From a virus (Duplodnaviria; Caudoviricetes), in IMG/VR virus record IMGVR_UViG_3300031992_000007, positions 1 to 64,000 of that record: a stretch of 64,000 nucleotides of DNA, one strand, 5' to 3'. Numbering within the stretch: position 1 is the stretch's first letter; each line of letters opens with the position of its first letter. The position numbers and the translations under genes were made by a program. Positions 8,527 through 18,177 of this stretch are shown here, piece by piece. Below the pieces are notes generated by a model. That model made no database searches. It was not told the DNA's origin and saw only the letters and a program-made list of their open reading frames with translations.

Positions 8527-10722
8527 ATGAGTACTGCTATTGAAAACCTTTTCAAGAAGATCGACGAGCACGTCGCTTCTATGGAAGGTGCGAAACTCTC
8601 CGCCGAGTACGTTGAGGCCACGCGGTCTATCGGTCAGGCGGTTGAGACTTGGGCAGACAACCTCAACCTCGTCGACAAGAAGACGGTTGATGGTGTCGAA
8701 GTGTGCTATGCTTCGGAGTCTTATGATACGTCGGCTCTCGGTGGTATGCTGGGTGCTGAGCAGATCGTGGATCTCTGCAAGAAGGCGCACGTTGCGAACG
8801 AACACCTCGGCGCTGCCGCCAAGCGCGTTGCGGCCCTTCTGGACCAGACGCTCGGTAAGAGCGAGGGTCAGGCGTTCAGGTCTTATTCTTCGAGGAAGAC
8901 GACCGACAAGGTCATGTCTTCTGTTGAGTCGCTCTACCCGGCGGATCTCGTCCGTCGTCTCGGTGGCTCGCAGTCGCTCGAAGTATTCGGTATCCAGATG
9001 GACCGTGTTGAGCCGGATCTGAAGACGATCCTCACGATCGCCCTCCTCCAGTTCCACATGAACCTCACGCCCCGGATCGTCCCGGTTCAGACCGTGACGC
9101 AGGGTAACGTGACGATCGTCCGTGAGAACCTCCAGGTCTTCGATATGTCGAAGGATGCTAAGGAGCCGACCCGTGTGATCGAGCTCTATCGTGATCCTTC
9201 CCTCGTGTCGGTTGCCGCTCAGCGCATCAAGCCGCTGATGGGTGCTGACAACAAGAACGCAGCCTTCCTCGTCGCGGATGACATCTACAAGTTCGCGAAG
9301 AAGATCGATATGTTCGAGGTCGCTCTTGACAAGACGCGTCCGGGTTGGGACAAGTACAACCATACGGACTTCGTTGAGGACAACATCTGCCTCGACGGCG
9401 TCCTTATCAAGATCGAGAATTCGGATGTCTCGGGCAAGGCATTCTACCACATGCTCCCGATTCCGACCTCTCGTGGTCACTTCACTCAGGTGTCGCAGGA
9501 TGCCAAGTCGACGATCCGTCGTCTCTGGCTCGATCGTTATCCTACGCGCATCATCGCGGCTTCTCCGGCTGATACGAAGTCGGGCAAGGCGTCGGATGCG
9601 TCGGTTATCGCTGCTCTCACGAACGGCGCTGGCCTCGCGATCGATCTCCACATCGACGCCAACGTTGATCGTCAGACCTCGACGCTCGCTTCGGGCGGCT
9701 GGATCGGCGATCTCGCCATCAAGGGTGGTACCCTCTCTGACGCTGACCGCGCGGCGCTTCTGGCGAAGTTCACGGTCACGCTCGAGGGCTTCACGCTCGA
9801 TGCGCGTTTCAATGAAGACAACAAGCGCAAGACGTCCATCCGCGCTGAAGTTGTCCGTCGCTCCATGAGCTACGAGCTCCCCACGGGCCGTAACTTCGTG
9901 GTTGACGCAGCCATCGGTCAGGACGGTGTTACGAACGCTGCCGCGTACCTCGCGCAGCTGGAGCACATCGGCCGCGACCATAACAACCTCCAGATCATCG
10001 AGTCCACCCTCAAGGCGGTTCACGATGAGAACCTCTCCATGAACAACGACAAGGAAGTCCGTGACTCCCTCGCTAACCAGTACGCTGCTGGCGACCTGGT
10101 TAACCAGTTCGTTTACATGGACACCCTGGATATGAGCGGTATGTACGGCATCCGTTCTGCTGACGCCTCGGGCGATATCAAGCAGTTCGTGAAGCAGTAC
10201 TTCAACCGTCTCACCACCGCTCTGCTCGCGAAGACCTACTTCGACAAGCAGCTCTCGGAGAATGCCACGGTGACGTTCCGCGTGATCACTTCGGGTACGC
10301 TCCTCGGCGACCTGTTCAAGATGAAACACATCCATCAGCACCTCGACGGCGACAAGGACGGCACGGGTGGTGTTGAGCATGTGATGCCTCTTGACAACGG
10401 CGTCGTGCTCGAGTTCGTTACGACCACGTTCGAGGTCATGACGAACAAGATCCTTCTGATCCCGTACCTCGCTAACGCGCAGGGTTCGGTGCTGAACTTC
10501 GGCACAGACTTCGATCAGGGCACCCTGGTCGGCGCGATCAGCTATGCTGGTGAGGACAGCGCGGCGTTCCACCGCACGTTCTCCGTTACGCGTGAGCTCC
10601 TCATCCCGACGAACGTTATGGGCGCCGTGGTCGAGGTGTCTGGGTATACGGGTATCACCATGAACGACTCCACGAGCTCGCTCACGGTGGTCGGTGTTAC
10701 CGAAACGGCTCCCAACTCCTAA
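8527..10722 (+). CDS. major capsid protein (phiKZ gp120-like)
   Basis: 731 aa; strong high-expression codon bias; S-x-E maturation sites (SME, SLE) in the N-terminal region; LEGFTLDARFNEDNKR motif; synteny with helicase; strong terminator downstream. Confidence 0.8.
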   Translation: MSTAIENLFKKIDEHVASMEGAKLSAEYVEATRSIGQAVETWADNLNLVDKKTVDGVEVCYASESYDTSALGGMLGAEQIVDLCKKAHVANEHLGAAAKRVAALLDQTLGKSEGQAFRSYSSRKTTDKVMSSVESLYPADLVRRLGGSQSLEVFGIQMDRVEPDLKTILTIALLQFHMNLTPRIVPVQTVTQGNVTIVRENLQVFDMSKDAKEPTRVIELYRDPSLVSVAAQRIKPLMGADNKNAAFLVADDIYKFAKKIDMFEVALDKTRPGWDKYNHTDFVEDNICLDGVLIKIENSDVSGKAFYHMLPIPTSRGHFTQVSQDAKSTIRRLWLDRYPTRIIAASPADTKSGKASDASVIAALTNGAGLAIDLHIDANVDRQTSTLASGGWIGDLAIKGGTLSDADRAALLAKFTVTLEGFTLDARFNEDNKRKTSIRAEVVRRSMSYELPTGRNFVVDAAIGQDGVTNAAAYLAQLEHIGRDHNNLQIIESTLKAVHDENLSMNNDKEVRDSLANQYAAGDLVNQFVYMDTLDMSGMYGIRSADASGDIKQFVKQYFNRLTTALLAKTYFDKQLSENATVTFRVITSGTLLGDLFKMKHIHQHLDGDKDGTGGVEHVMPLDNGVVLEFVTTTFEVMTNKILLIPYLANAQGSVLNFGTDFDQGTLVGAISYAGEDSAAFHRTFSVTRELLIPTNVMGAVVEVSGYTGITMNDSTSSLTVVGVTETAPNS

Positions 10723-10795
10723 AAGTTGGATGGTCGTGTAGGACTGCGCAAATAAAGGCTTATGCGACCATAGTCTAAATAAGCGATGCAAAGTT

Positions 10796-10850
10796 GGGCA
10801 GGCGGGGCGTTGGCGCGCCCTGCCTGTCCTTCTGTTTCTTTTTTCTTTTT
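10796..10850 (+). terminator. MCP intrinsic terminator (left wall of array 2)
   Basis: GC-rich hairpin GGGCAGGCGGGGCG...CGCCCTGCCTGTCC followed by a long T-rich tract. Confidence 0.8.
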
Positions 10851-10853
10851 AGG

Positions 10854-11107
10854 GGAGAGCCCTGTATAGTCTCTACTATCAGGTTTTCCTGAAGGAGGAT
10901 TTTGATTGTTATACGGCCAATAAGTATTCCACACTTGTCCATAGATAACATGCTTCCCTTCCTCATTGTTCGCCTTTGTCGAATCACCTCCCGTTGGAGA
11001 GCCTGTGATCTTCTGTGATGAGAGATGCTGTATCATGTCGTGCAACTATTCCGGATTTATCTAAGTCGTATAGATAAGCAGTTTGTGACTCTATTAGTTC
11101 TTCACCT
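10854..11107 (-). repeat. cassette array 2, inverted part: two cassettes on the minus strand
   Basis: 11106-10996 (37 codons, GEELIESQ...EDHRLS) and 10988-10854 (45 codons, GDSTKANN...DYTGLS). Both run AGGTG...GGCTCTCC on - and are stop-free. Confidence 0.9.
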
Positions 11108-11110
11108 CAT

Positions 11111-11913
11111 GGTGTTGGTGTGTATGCTGGTGCACAAATGGCTAGACTGTTCTTGGTTTATGATCTCAAACAAGATCCCGGAAGAGTGGATTTCTACGGA
11201 TACATCCCACCATCCTACCCTAACAATAGCGCACCAAGGCTCTCCATCTAGGAGGTGTAGTAGTCCACACTGCTGCAATTATTGGCGTATCAGCATGGCC
11301 AAATGTATGGAAAGACGGTCAGGTGATGCAAACTGATTATGGTGGTCTGCAGGTGAATCATACTAGCAATTGGCTCTCCGCCGGAGGTGGAACAATAAGT
11401 GCTCAAGGTTATGATTATTGGGCTCTGATAACTAATATTGGAAGAAAAGCTCCGACTAGTACTGATTTCATTTACTACAAAGAAGGCTCTAATACATGGT
11501 CTAATCCAGGATGGCTCTCCCTTATCCAAAGGTGAAAGTCACCCTTACCCAAATATCGAAGGAAATATGAAACGTAAAGTGTGGAAAATAGAAACAACAG
11601 GTGACATTAGGGATATATACATGTACGCCTTCCCATCTGATGCAATAAGGCTCTCCGAGGTGGAGGTGAGATTAGAGCATATGAGCACTGGTTTGTTGGC
11701 GGTACACACATGTTAGGTAAAATAGCTGTAATACACAACGATGGTTATTATCTAGATGGAACGTGGGCTGATGCAGTAAGGCTCTCCTAAAAAGGTGAAG
11801 TAAGACCGTACTACCATTGGTTCGTGGATGGTATACACCAATTGGGAAAAGTGATTATAGTGTACAACGAGAGTTACTACCTGGGAACATCTGCTTATGT
11901 TGTAAGGCTCTCC
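11111..11913 (+). repeat. cassette array 2, forward part: six cassettes
   Basis: 11111-11245 (45 codons), 11254-11379 (42), 11386-11520 (45), 11531-11656 (42), 11659-11787 (43), 11794-11913 (40). All in frame and stop-free; linkers 2-10 nt. Confidence 0.9.
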
Positions 11914-11936
11914 TATTGACAAAAATAAAGATAGTA

Positions 11937-11963
11937 CTCCCTGACCCTTCTTGGGTCAGGGAG
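11937..11963 (-). terminator. DNA polymerase terminator (right wall of array 2)
   Basis: CTCCCTGACCC/GGGTCAGGGAG stem; A-tract 11921-11929 on +. Confidence 0.75.
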
Positions 11964-11976
11964 CTCCAGCTTCTTT

Positions 11977-13716
11977 TTAAGCTATTTGTACTTCTGGATG
12001 TCTTCTCTTCATCCATTCATCAATACCTTCGAATCCCGGCAATCCGAACCTCTTGCCAACTTCCATAGAGTTAGCTTCGGTATAGATCGCATCGTTCATG
12101 AAGTCATTGATGTCGAATGTCTTGTAGTTTCTTGTCTCTGGTGGCAACTGGATTGTTTCTACATTGACGATACCCCTTCTTCTAGAGTTGTCAATGAGTA
12201 GCAATGTTGCCATCTTGGTCTCCTTGGAACAGTTCAAAAGTTTCAAAAGTGAGGGGTACATCGACGTAACATCTATATCACAGACCATTCTGCACGCACG
12301 AACAACTGCATCATACTCCTTCAAAGCAGGTACCGAAACCATCAACGCCTTTTCAGGAGACAACACTGCACCACCTTTGTTCTTGATCATGTAGTCCCAC
12401 TTGTCATCGATCCTGTTACCTATAGCTGCTGGGATGCAACCACGGTCATCTAGGTATTCGAAGAAGTAGTTCTTAAGCTGGATAGACTGATGAGCGAAAC
12501 AATCCAAAGTAGAGGATCCTATCAGCATCATCATGTTGACCACGTCAGCATTCTTGATCTCCATCACGTGCATGATAAGAACGTCGACGATGTTGTACAC
12601 GACATATTCGACCTGATGAAGCCTCTGCATCCCCTGGTGGTTACCTTCATCACCGAACTCCTCGAAACTCATCTTACCAGCACCGATCTCTTTGCCGCCG
12701 ATGGCATCGAGTTTGTAAGAAGGTTCTTTTGGTTTGGCTTTACGAAGCCTTCCGTAGAGACACATGGCATCGTAGAACCTGGTATAATCAGTGAGGCTGA
12801 ACCAAGACCATCTATCGGTCATATGCCCATCCTTCTTACCAGGGTCTGCTTTGTACTTCGCTGTTCTGAATTTGAACGGAACGTCTGGATGACACATCAC
12901 ATTAGCTGGATCGACACCACGGAACTCCAGGCGTTTCATGATCCAGGGGATGTCGTAGTCCATGTTCCACACACCACAGAAGTCTGGTTTGCACTCGTGT
13001 ATCTTATCGAAGATCCATTTGATTAAATCAAGTTCTTTGTCGAACAGCTGAAGGTCTAGACGTATATCAGTTTTCTTGTACGCCTCTAGACCTTTCTTGT
13101 TAAGCTGTTTAACGAACATTGGTTCAACCTTGTTCTTCCAATAGTTCCTCACTTCATCTGTAGTGTGGTTAAGGAAGAAGGATTTGAGTATGCCAGTAAA
13201 AGTTCTTCCATCTCCGTTCATGTAAGTACAGACGATGACATCATCGTGTCCAAACACGTCAGTCTCAATATCGAGTGCACCTACATTGTACTTAAGAGGA
13301 AGCCTGCCTCCATTAGACCTTTTGTATCCTAACTTGAGGTGTACACCATAATCAATGTCAGCTCCATAAACGTAAGGACTAGATAGCATCTCCTTAAGCC
13401 TCACGTAGAACGGAGGTCTTTTCCACTGACCTGGTTTACAGTTAAGTGCACTCCACAATGTTCCCGCAATGTTGTTGACACGACATCTGTACATGTCAAG
13501 TTCTTCTTTAGATGCAAGTTCTCGTTTGACTGTGTTCCTTCGACAACCAGGTTTAGCTACCCATACCTTGGTCTCTGGTCGTTCGATGATCTTGAGCTCA
13601 CTGTGACCATCCTCCAGACTCTTGATACATGCCACGTAAGCATCGTAGTCTTTGTCTCCTCCGACTCGTGCCAAGTATTCTCCGTGGATGTAGACTGAAT
13701 CCTTAACTGGAATCAT
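11977..13716 (-). CDS. family B DNA polymerase subunit (3'-5' exonuclease plus motif A; split phiKZ-type polymerase)
   Basis: ExoI LDIETD, ExoII WNMDYDIPW, SYKLDAI, ExoIII YNIVD, motif A DIDVTSMYPS; no motif B or C; GGAAGGAG RBS before ATG 13716. Confidence 0.85.
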   Translation of the reverse strand: MIPVKDSVYIHGEYLARVGGDKDYDAYVACIKSLEDGHSELKIIERPETKVWVAKPGCRRNTVKRELASKEELDMYRCRVNNIAGTLWSALNCKPGQWKRPPFYVRLKEMLSSPYVYGADIDYGVHLKLGYKRSNGGRLPLKYNVGALDIETDVFGHDDVIVCTYMNGDGRTFTGILKSFFLNHTTDEVRNYWKNKVEPMFVKQLNKKGLEAYKKTDIRLDLQLFDKELDLIKWIFDKIHECKPDFCGVWNMDYDIPWIMKRLEFRGVDPANVMCHPDVPFKFRTAKYKADPGKKDGHMTDRWSWFSLTDYTRFYDAMCLYGRLRKAKPKEPSYKLDAIGGKEIGAGKMSFEEFGDEGNHQGMQRLHQVEYVVYNIVDVLIMHVMEIKNADVVNMMMLIGSSTLDCFAHQSIQLKNYFFEYLDDRGCIPAAIGNRIDDKWDYMIKNKGGAVLSPEKALMVSVPALKEYDAVVRACRMVCDIDVTSMYPSLLKLLNCSKETKMATLLLIDNSRRRGIVNVETIQLPPETRNYKTFDINDFMNDAIYTEANSMEVGKRFGLPGFEGIDEWMKRRHPEVQIA

Positions 13717-13818
13717 AGTTACTCCTTCCATTGAATCATACGAACTGAGCAAAATGTAAAAACAAAAAGGTTAAGAGCCTCTACCAGCCTTCCGACCGGT
13801 AGAGGGGTATGAGGGAAA

Positions 13819-14496
13819 TTAAGCGTCTTGCTTTTCTCGACTAGCCTGTTCTTCTTCACCCTTCTTGAGAACAGCAGCGATCTCCTCAGGAGTGAACTGA
13901 TGGTAAGGATCACCTTCAAGCTTGCCGAAGGTAAGTTTGCCATCTTTGTCCCTGCCTGTGCGGGCAATGATGACAGGCTTGAAATCTTTCGGGTCACTGC
14001 ACAGCACAAGCTGCTTGAGGTTGGTGATCGTCTTGATCATCCTGCGATCAGGATCGAATCCACTGTACAGACCATCGGGTCCAAGAGTAGGAAGTTCCTT
14101 GTGTGCCTGAAGGAAGACAACTCCCGTTCCAACATAGATCTTCTTGAAGTCCTCGATGTTCTTGCCACCAGATAGCATGAACCCAAGGAGAAGCTTCTGA
14201 AGAAGCTGAGAGTAGGTCTTATTATCCTCAGGGACGCTCGTAAGCATCGAAGCGGAGATGTAGTTGTAGCCGTTCAAGGCCCGAGCTAATTCGATCATCT
14301 CAAGGAGCAAGGTCTTCTGATGCTTCTCACGCATCTCCTTGGCTTTCTCGAGCATCTCGTGCATCTTGGCCTCTTTAACTTCCTCGTCGTGTTTGAGCTC
14401 TTCTTCGATCTTCTTCATCTCAGCTTCGCGCTCTTCATCTGTTAGCGGCGGTGCTGAAGAAGGCTGAGGTTCGAGGTTGGTGTTCGTTTCGTCCAT
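13819..14496 (-). CDS. hypothetical protein
   Basis: 225 aa, translationally coupled to ruvC. Confidence 0.7.
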   Translation of the reverse strand: MDETNTNLEPQPSSAPPLTDEEREAEMKKIEEELKHDEEVKEAKMHEMLEKAKEMREKHQKTLLLEMIELARALNGYNYISASMLTSVPEDNKTYSQLLQKLLLGFMLSGGKNIEDFKKIYVGTGVVFLQAHKELPTLGPDGLYSGFDPDRRMIKTITNLKQLVLCSDPKDFKPVIIARTGRDKDGKLTFGKLEGDPYHQFTPEEIAAVLKKGEEEQASREKQDA

Positions 14497-15092
14497 TACT
14501 TTACTCCTTGGAGATTGATGGTTGCCAATACAAAGTCTCTGTACCGATCGTTGAGAGCAGCTCCGACTGCTATGCTGTCAGCCTCATGTTCACTAAGGTG
14601 TTTCGCATCATCCTCATTCTTGAATGTAATGCGACCGTTCTTCATGATGGCATCTCGTACGTCTATCTTTCCAGCACCTCCAGTGCCGGTTATGACTTGT
14701 TTGCATATCTTTGTCGGTATAGCTGTCAGTCGATACCCATGTCTCCAGGCTGTCAACTTGGTTGTGCAGACCCACATGGCAAGAGAGCCATAAGCTTGGG
14801 GATGTGCCATGCTGATGTAAATGTCTTCACAACAGATGAAGTCTGGATGATAGGTCTCGATCAACTTGGTCTCTTCTTCTTGCAGGAGGGTTAGTGAGAT
14901 AGTGCGTTTGTCGAACTTCTCTACTTCCTCTCTGTACCTAGCCAACGCTGACGTAGGACCTGGATGAAACTCTCCAACTTTAAGTACAACAAGGTTGCCG
15001 TTAGCCTCATTGCCTTCAAGCAGACTCCAACCAGTATTACCTATACCAGGGTCGAAAGCTAGGATTTTGTATTTTCTTGGTTTGTTTCCCAT
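14496..15092 (-). CDS. ruvC: RuvC-like Holliday junction resolvase
   Basis: ILAFDPGIGNTGW, ICCEDIY, KQVITGTGGAGKIDV, HEADSIAVG catalytic motifs. Confidence 0.9.
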   Translation of the reverse strand: MGNKPRKYKILAFDPGIGNTGWSLLEGNEANGNLVVLKVGEFHPGPTSALARYREEVEKFDKRTISLTLLQEEETKLIETYHPDFICCEDIYISMAHPQAYGSLAMWVCTTKLTAWRHGYRLTAIPTKICKQVITGTGGAGKIDVRDAIMKNGRITFKNEDDAKHLSEHEADSIAVGAALNDRYRDFVLATINLQGVK

Positions 15093-15170
15093 TTCCGTTC
15101 TCCTTATTGGAGAGTGAAGTGGGGTGTATGCGAATCCTATATATTAGTTTCAAAAAATAAAAGAAGAAAA

Positions 15171-15200
15171 GACCTGAGTGGGTTTGATCCCACTCAGGTC
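15171..15200 (-). terminator. intrinsic terminator
   Basis: GACCTGAGTGGG...CCCACTCAGGTC hairpin with A-tract on +. Confidence 0.7.
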
Positions 15201-15238
15201 GATCGATCGTCTTCTGTGAGTGATCTTGTGCGTTGACC

Positions 15239-15739
15239 TTACTTCTTGACGCCGTAGCGGCGCTCGAAGGCATCCTGGATTGCACTGACGATGCCACCAG
15301 GCTTACGCGCGTCATGACCGAACGCGTACCCCTTGGTGACTTCCACTTCGCCGTAGTAATCACGGGAAATCGGCTTCTTCGTCTCACGGTCCACACCGTT
15401 CCAGACACGGTGGGGCGTGATCGTGGTGGTGATGGAACCCGATCCCTGACCGAGGATCATCTGACCCTTGGAGATGAACTTGGGATCATCGTCCTTGAGA
15501 CCCTTGTTCGCCTTGAGGAGACGCTCGCTGCTGAACTTGAGCGCTTCCTGGACGATCTCGTCATCGACCTGGCGAATCTTGTCGCGCATCTGCGGCGTGA
15601 CGCCCTTCTCGTTGAGGATCGCATCGAAGTCATTCTTCGACATGATCACCTTCTCGGTGCCGTTCGTCTTGGTGACGATCTTGCAGGTTTTACCCATGAA
15701 CTCGACCGTCTCGGCAGTTTCTTTTTCTTTATCGGCCAT
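15239..15739 (-). CDS. highly expressed hypothetical protein (166 aa)
   Basis: Capsid-like codon bias; own promoter motif and terminator; basic. Confidence 0.7.
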   Translation of the reverse strand: MADKEKETAETVEFMGKTCKIVTKTNGTEKVIMSKNDFDAILNEKGVTPQMRDKIRQVDDEIVQEALKFSSERLLKANKGLKDDDPKFISKGQMILGQGSGSITTTITPHRVWNGVDRETKKPISRDYYGEVEVTKGYAFGHDARKPGGIVSAIQDAFERRYGVKK

Positions 15740-15799
15740 TTTAACCTTCTTTCGTTTTGTTGCTTGTACAAGTAGAAGATTCAACCTGAACCTTCATGT

Positions 15800-15812
15800 A
15801 AGTAATGTATGC
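15800..15812 (-). promoter_or_regulatory. phage promoter motif (TACATTAC)
   Basis: Minus strand GCATACATTACTT about 60 nt upstream of ATG 15739. Confidence 0.55.
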
Positions 15813-15824
15813 ATGAACTCACGA

Positions 15825-16145
15825 TCATTTTCCCGGGGTACTATAGACCCCAGGTTTAGTCTTGACAGATAGAACCAGAGATTGATACCCTTTGTTGTCT
15901 GTAACTGGACGTACACCAGTTATTTCGCCGATCAGTTTGCCGTCGACAACTGCATACCACGTAGGTCTAGACTCAGGTTGTTTCTCTTTCAGCACGTTGT
16001 AGTAATGCTGCATCTCGTACATAGCACTATCACATCTACGTCGAGAATTGTTTATGACCGCTGTCAGACTTGCTTTCTTTCGAACAATTTCTCTCGTTGC
16101 AACTTTGTCGCAACCAGAGATAATCGGTACGCCTGTTGGTTTCAT
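15825..16145 (-). CDS. hypothetical protein
   Basis: 106 aa; ATGA overlap with the ligase stop. Confidence 0.6.
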   Translation of the reverse strand: MKPTGVPIISGCDKVATREIVRKKASLTAVINNSRRRCDSAMYEMQHYYNVLKEKQPESRPTWYAVVDGKLIGEITGVRPVTDNKGYQSLVLSVKTKPGVYSTPGK

Positions 16146-18070
16146 ATTCCGATCTCCTTCATGAATTGTTCATAGCTGATGACTTTAATGCCCTTGGCTC
16201 TTGCTTTCTTGAGCTTGGCTGAATTACCATTAGGATCAGCAGCTACCAGTACAGTGCACAAGTTGGCATTGTCAGTTGTCTGCTGTCCACAGTTGTAGGC
16301 ATGCTCCATAAGCTCCCTGCGAGAGATAGGACCAGATCCAGTGAAGCAATAGGTCTCAGCTCTCTTGTCTGTAAGAGCCTTAACTCTACCAACAAGTTCA
16401 TCAATAGGATCGTCCTTCTTATCAGGACGTCTGTTGGTGAACATGTCTCGCCACACCACGAACCTTTCCTTGTTGTTCTCTAGCCAGACCATGAAGTTGG
16501 TCAGTGATGGAAGTTCGATCCCTGGACGATGGATAAGTTGATCGTACACCCTGTCTACAGGAACTATTTCAAGCAAAGCATCTATACCACCTTCGTAATT
16601 ATTTACCGCTGCTTGAGCAAACTCCTTGCCTACCATAGGGATACAACAGGCTTGGAGAAGCTTGCTAGTGGTGATAGAAGACTTCAGAGCTTTGTCGATG
16701 TTGGTCAGGATGGTCTTGATCTGAACAGTCGAGAACCCTTTCTTACCCAGAACATCTACATTGAGAGGTTCGTCGAAGAAATCGATAATATCCTCCAAAT
16801 AGAACTCTGTGACAAGCTTCTCACACAGTGCAGGTCCAACACCCTTGCATCCGAGTATAGTCAGCCCTCTGCAGATCCGACTAACGATCCTTGTCTTACA
16901 GGAATCGTTAACGCATTTGAGATAAGCTCCGTCTCTACGCAGATCCGTACCGCAGCATGGACACTTAGTAGGGATCTCAACAAGAGGTTTGGTCTCGTCT
17001 GGAGTTACACGAATGACCTTGGGTATAACACCACCTCTACGTTCCACAAGGAGTTCGCAGTTAGGTGTAACCCTATTCTCTTCAATGAACTGAGGACAGT
17101 GCAAGGTAGCTTTCTCAATATCCACCCCACCGATGAAGGTCTTAGGGAAAACTGCTACAGGAGTAACTCTCTGCTCGCCAACCTGCCACTCGATGTGATC
17201 TAGCTGCACGTATTCGCATTCGTCTGAGAACTTCAGAGCAATTGCTCCAAGTGGATGGTGGCCCGTGAACCCCAGGCTATTCGCATAGTTTACATCCTGA
17301 AGACGAACAACTATTCCATCACTAGGAAACCCGCCATCATCTCTGAGCATGTCGATAAGGTCAACGCCTTTCTCCAGCTCCTGTAGAGTAAACGGGATCT
17401 CGTGTCCTTGATGGAATACCCAAGTTGCGATGGGAATAGGTTTTCCTTGTTCATCAACCATCAACTTGAGAAGGGGACTATCAGGTTTGAGGTTGGCGAA
17501 TCCGCTTGCCAAATTCCTGCATGTCTTGTAGTCTCGAAATGCGGGATACTTTTCTCTGAGTTCGTTGAACCTCTTGAGCGGGATCATCAGCTCACCAACC
17601 ATTCTTCCGTAAGTCTGACAAAGGAAGTTCAGTTGGAATGCAACTCCAAGTCCAGACTTAACAGAAGTAGTCATGAACTCTATCCAGGGAACCAGATGAG
17701 TTATGTCATTACCGACTATCCCATCACCTCGAGTTATGATCTTGTTATCGGTAACCTCAACGGAGATACCATCAAACTTGCAGGAACACGCGAACACCTC
17801 GTTAGGACCACGTGCTACTTTGCGAGCCCAAGCTAGCAGATCCTCGTTGGAGTAAACCTTGTCCAGCGAATACATCCTCTTCTTGTGAGGTACTTCAGTT
17901 CCAGTTCTGTCTTTACCTATCTCTGTTAAGATAGGATCGTTCGGACTGAGCTTCTGGAGTTTGCGAACCAAACGGTCGTACTCAATATCGGTCATGATAG
18001 GAGATGATCGGATCCAATAGGCTTCGTTGGCTTCTTTAATCCTGTTGCGTAGTTCTTCTATGACTGTCAT
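16142..18070 (-). CDS. ligA: NAD-dependent DNA ligase
   Basis: EYDRL, MYSLDK, adenylation KFDG, TRGDG, RNLASG, DGIVV, OB-fold KATLH, Zn finger CPCCG...C...C, C-terminal BRCT (FTGS...KLKKARAKGIKVI). Confidence 0.95.
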   Translation of the reverse strand: MTVIEELRNRIKEANEAYWIRSSPIMTDIEYDRLVRKLQKLSPNDPILTEIGKDRTGTEVPHKKRMYSLDKVYSNEDLLAWARKVARGPNEVFACSCKFDGISVEVTDNKIITRGDGIVGNDITHLVPWIEFMTTSVKSGLGVAFQLNFLCQTYGRMVGELMIPLKRFNELREKYPAFRDYKTCRNLASGFANLKPDSPLLKLMVDEQGKPIPIATWVFHQGHEIPFTLQELEKGVDLIDMLRDDGGFPSDGIVVRLQDVNYANSLGFTGHHPLGAIALKFSDECEYVQLDHIEWQVGEQRVTPVAVFPKTFIGGVDIEKATLHCPQFIEENRVTPNCELLVERRGGVIPKVIRVTPDETKPLVEIPTKCPCCGTDLRRDGAYLKCVNDSCKTRIVSRICRGLTILGCKGVGPALCEKLVTEFYLEDIIDFFDEPLNVDVLGKKGFSTVQIKTILTNIDKALKSSITTSKLLQACCIPMVGKEFAQAAVNNYEGGIDALLEIVPVDRVYDQLIHRPGIELPSLTNFMVWLENNKERFVVWRDMFTNRRPDKKDDPIDELVGRVKALTDKRAETYCFTGSGPISRRELMEHAYNCGQQTTDNANLCTVLVAADPNGNSAKLKKARAKGIKVISYEQFMKEIGI

Positions 18071-18107
18071 GATCAAGATCCTTTCTTATATCAAAGTCTT
18101 TGACAGT

Positions 18108-18121
18108 AAGGTAATATATAC
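18108..18121 (-). promoter_or_regulatory. phiKZ-type early promoter motif TATATTAC
   Basis: Minus strand GTATATATTACCTT upstream of ligA. Confidence 0.65.
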
Positions 18122-18143
18122 TTGGGTATAAAACGAAAAAAGA

Positions 18144-18170
18144 AAGAGGTGGGTGTTATACCCACCTCTT
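18144..18170 (-). terminator. intrinsic terminator
   Basis: AAGAGGTGGG...CCCACCTCTT hairpin downstream of the MYG1 gene. Confidence 0.65.
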
Positions 18171-18177
18171 CCCATGC

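Noticed and set aside
8497-10791. 764-aa antisense ORF over the major capsid gene
   Set aside because: Shadow ORF caused by strong codon bias (avoidance of TTA/CTA/TCA on the sense strand); no protein-like features.
11659-11913. Cassettes as DGR template/variable repeats
   Set aside because: Differences between the paralogous pair are not adenine-specific, most cassettes are unrelated to each other, and no reverse transcriptase is visible in the window.
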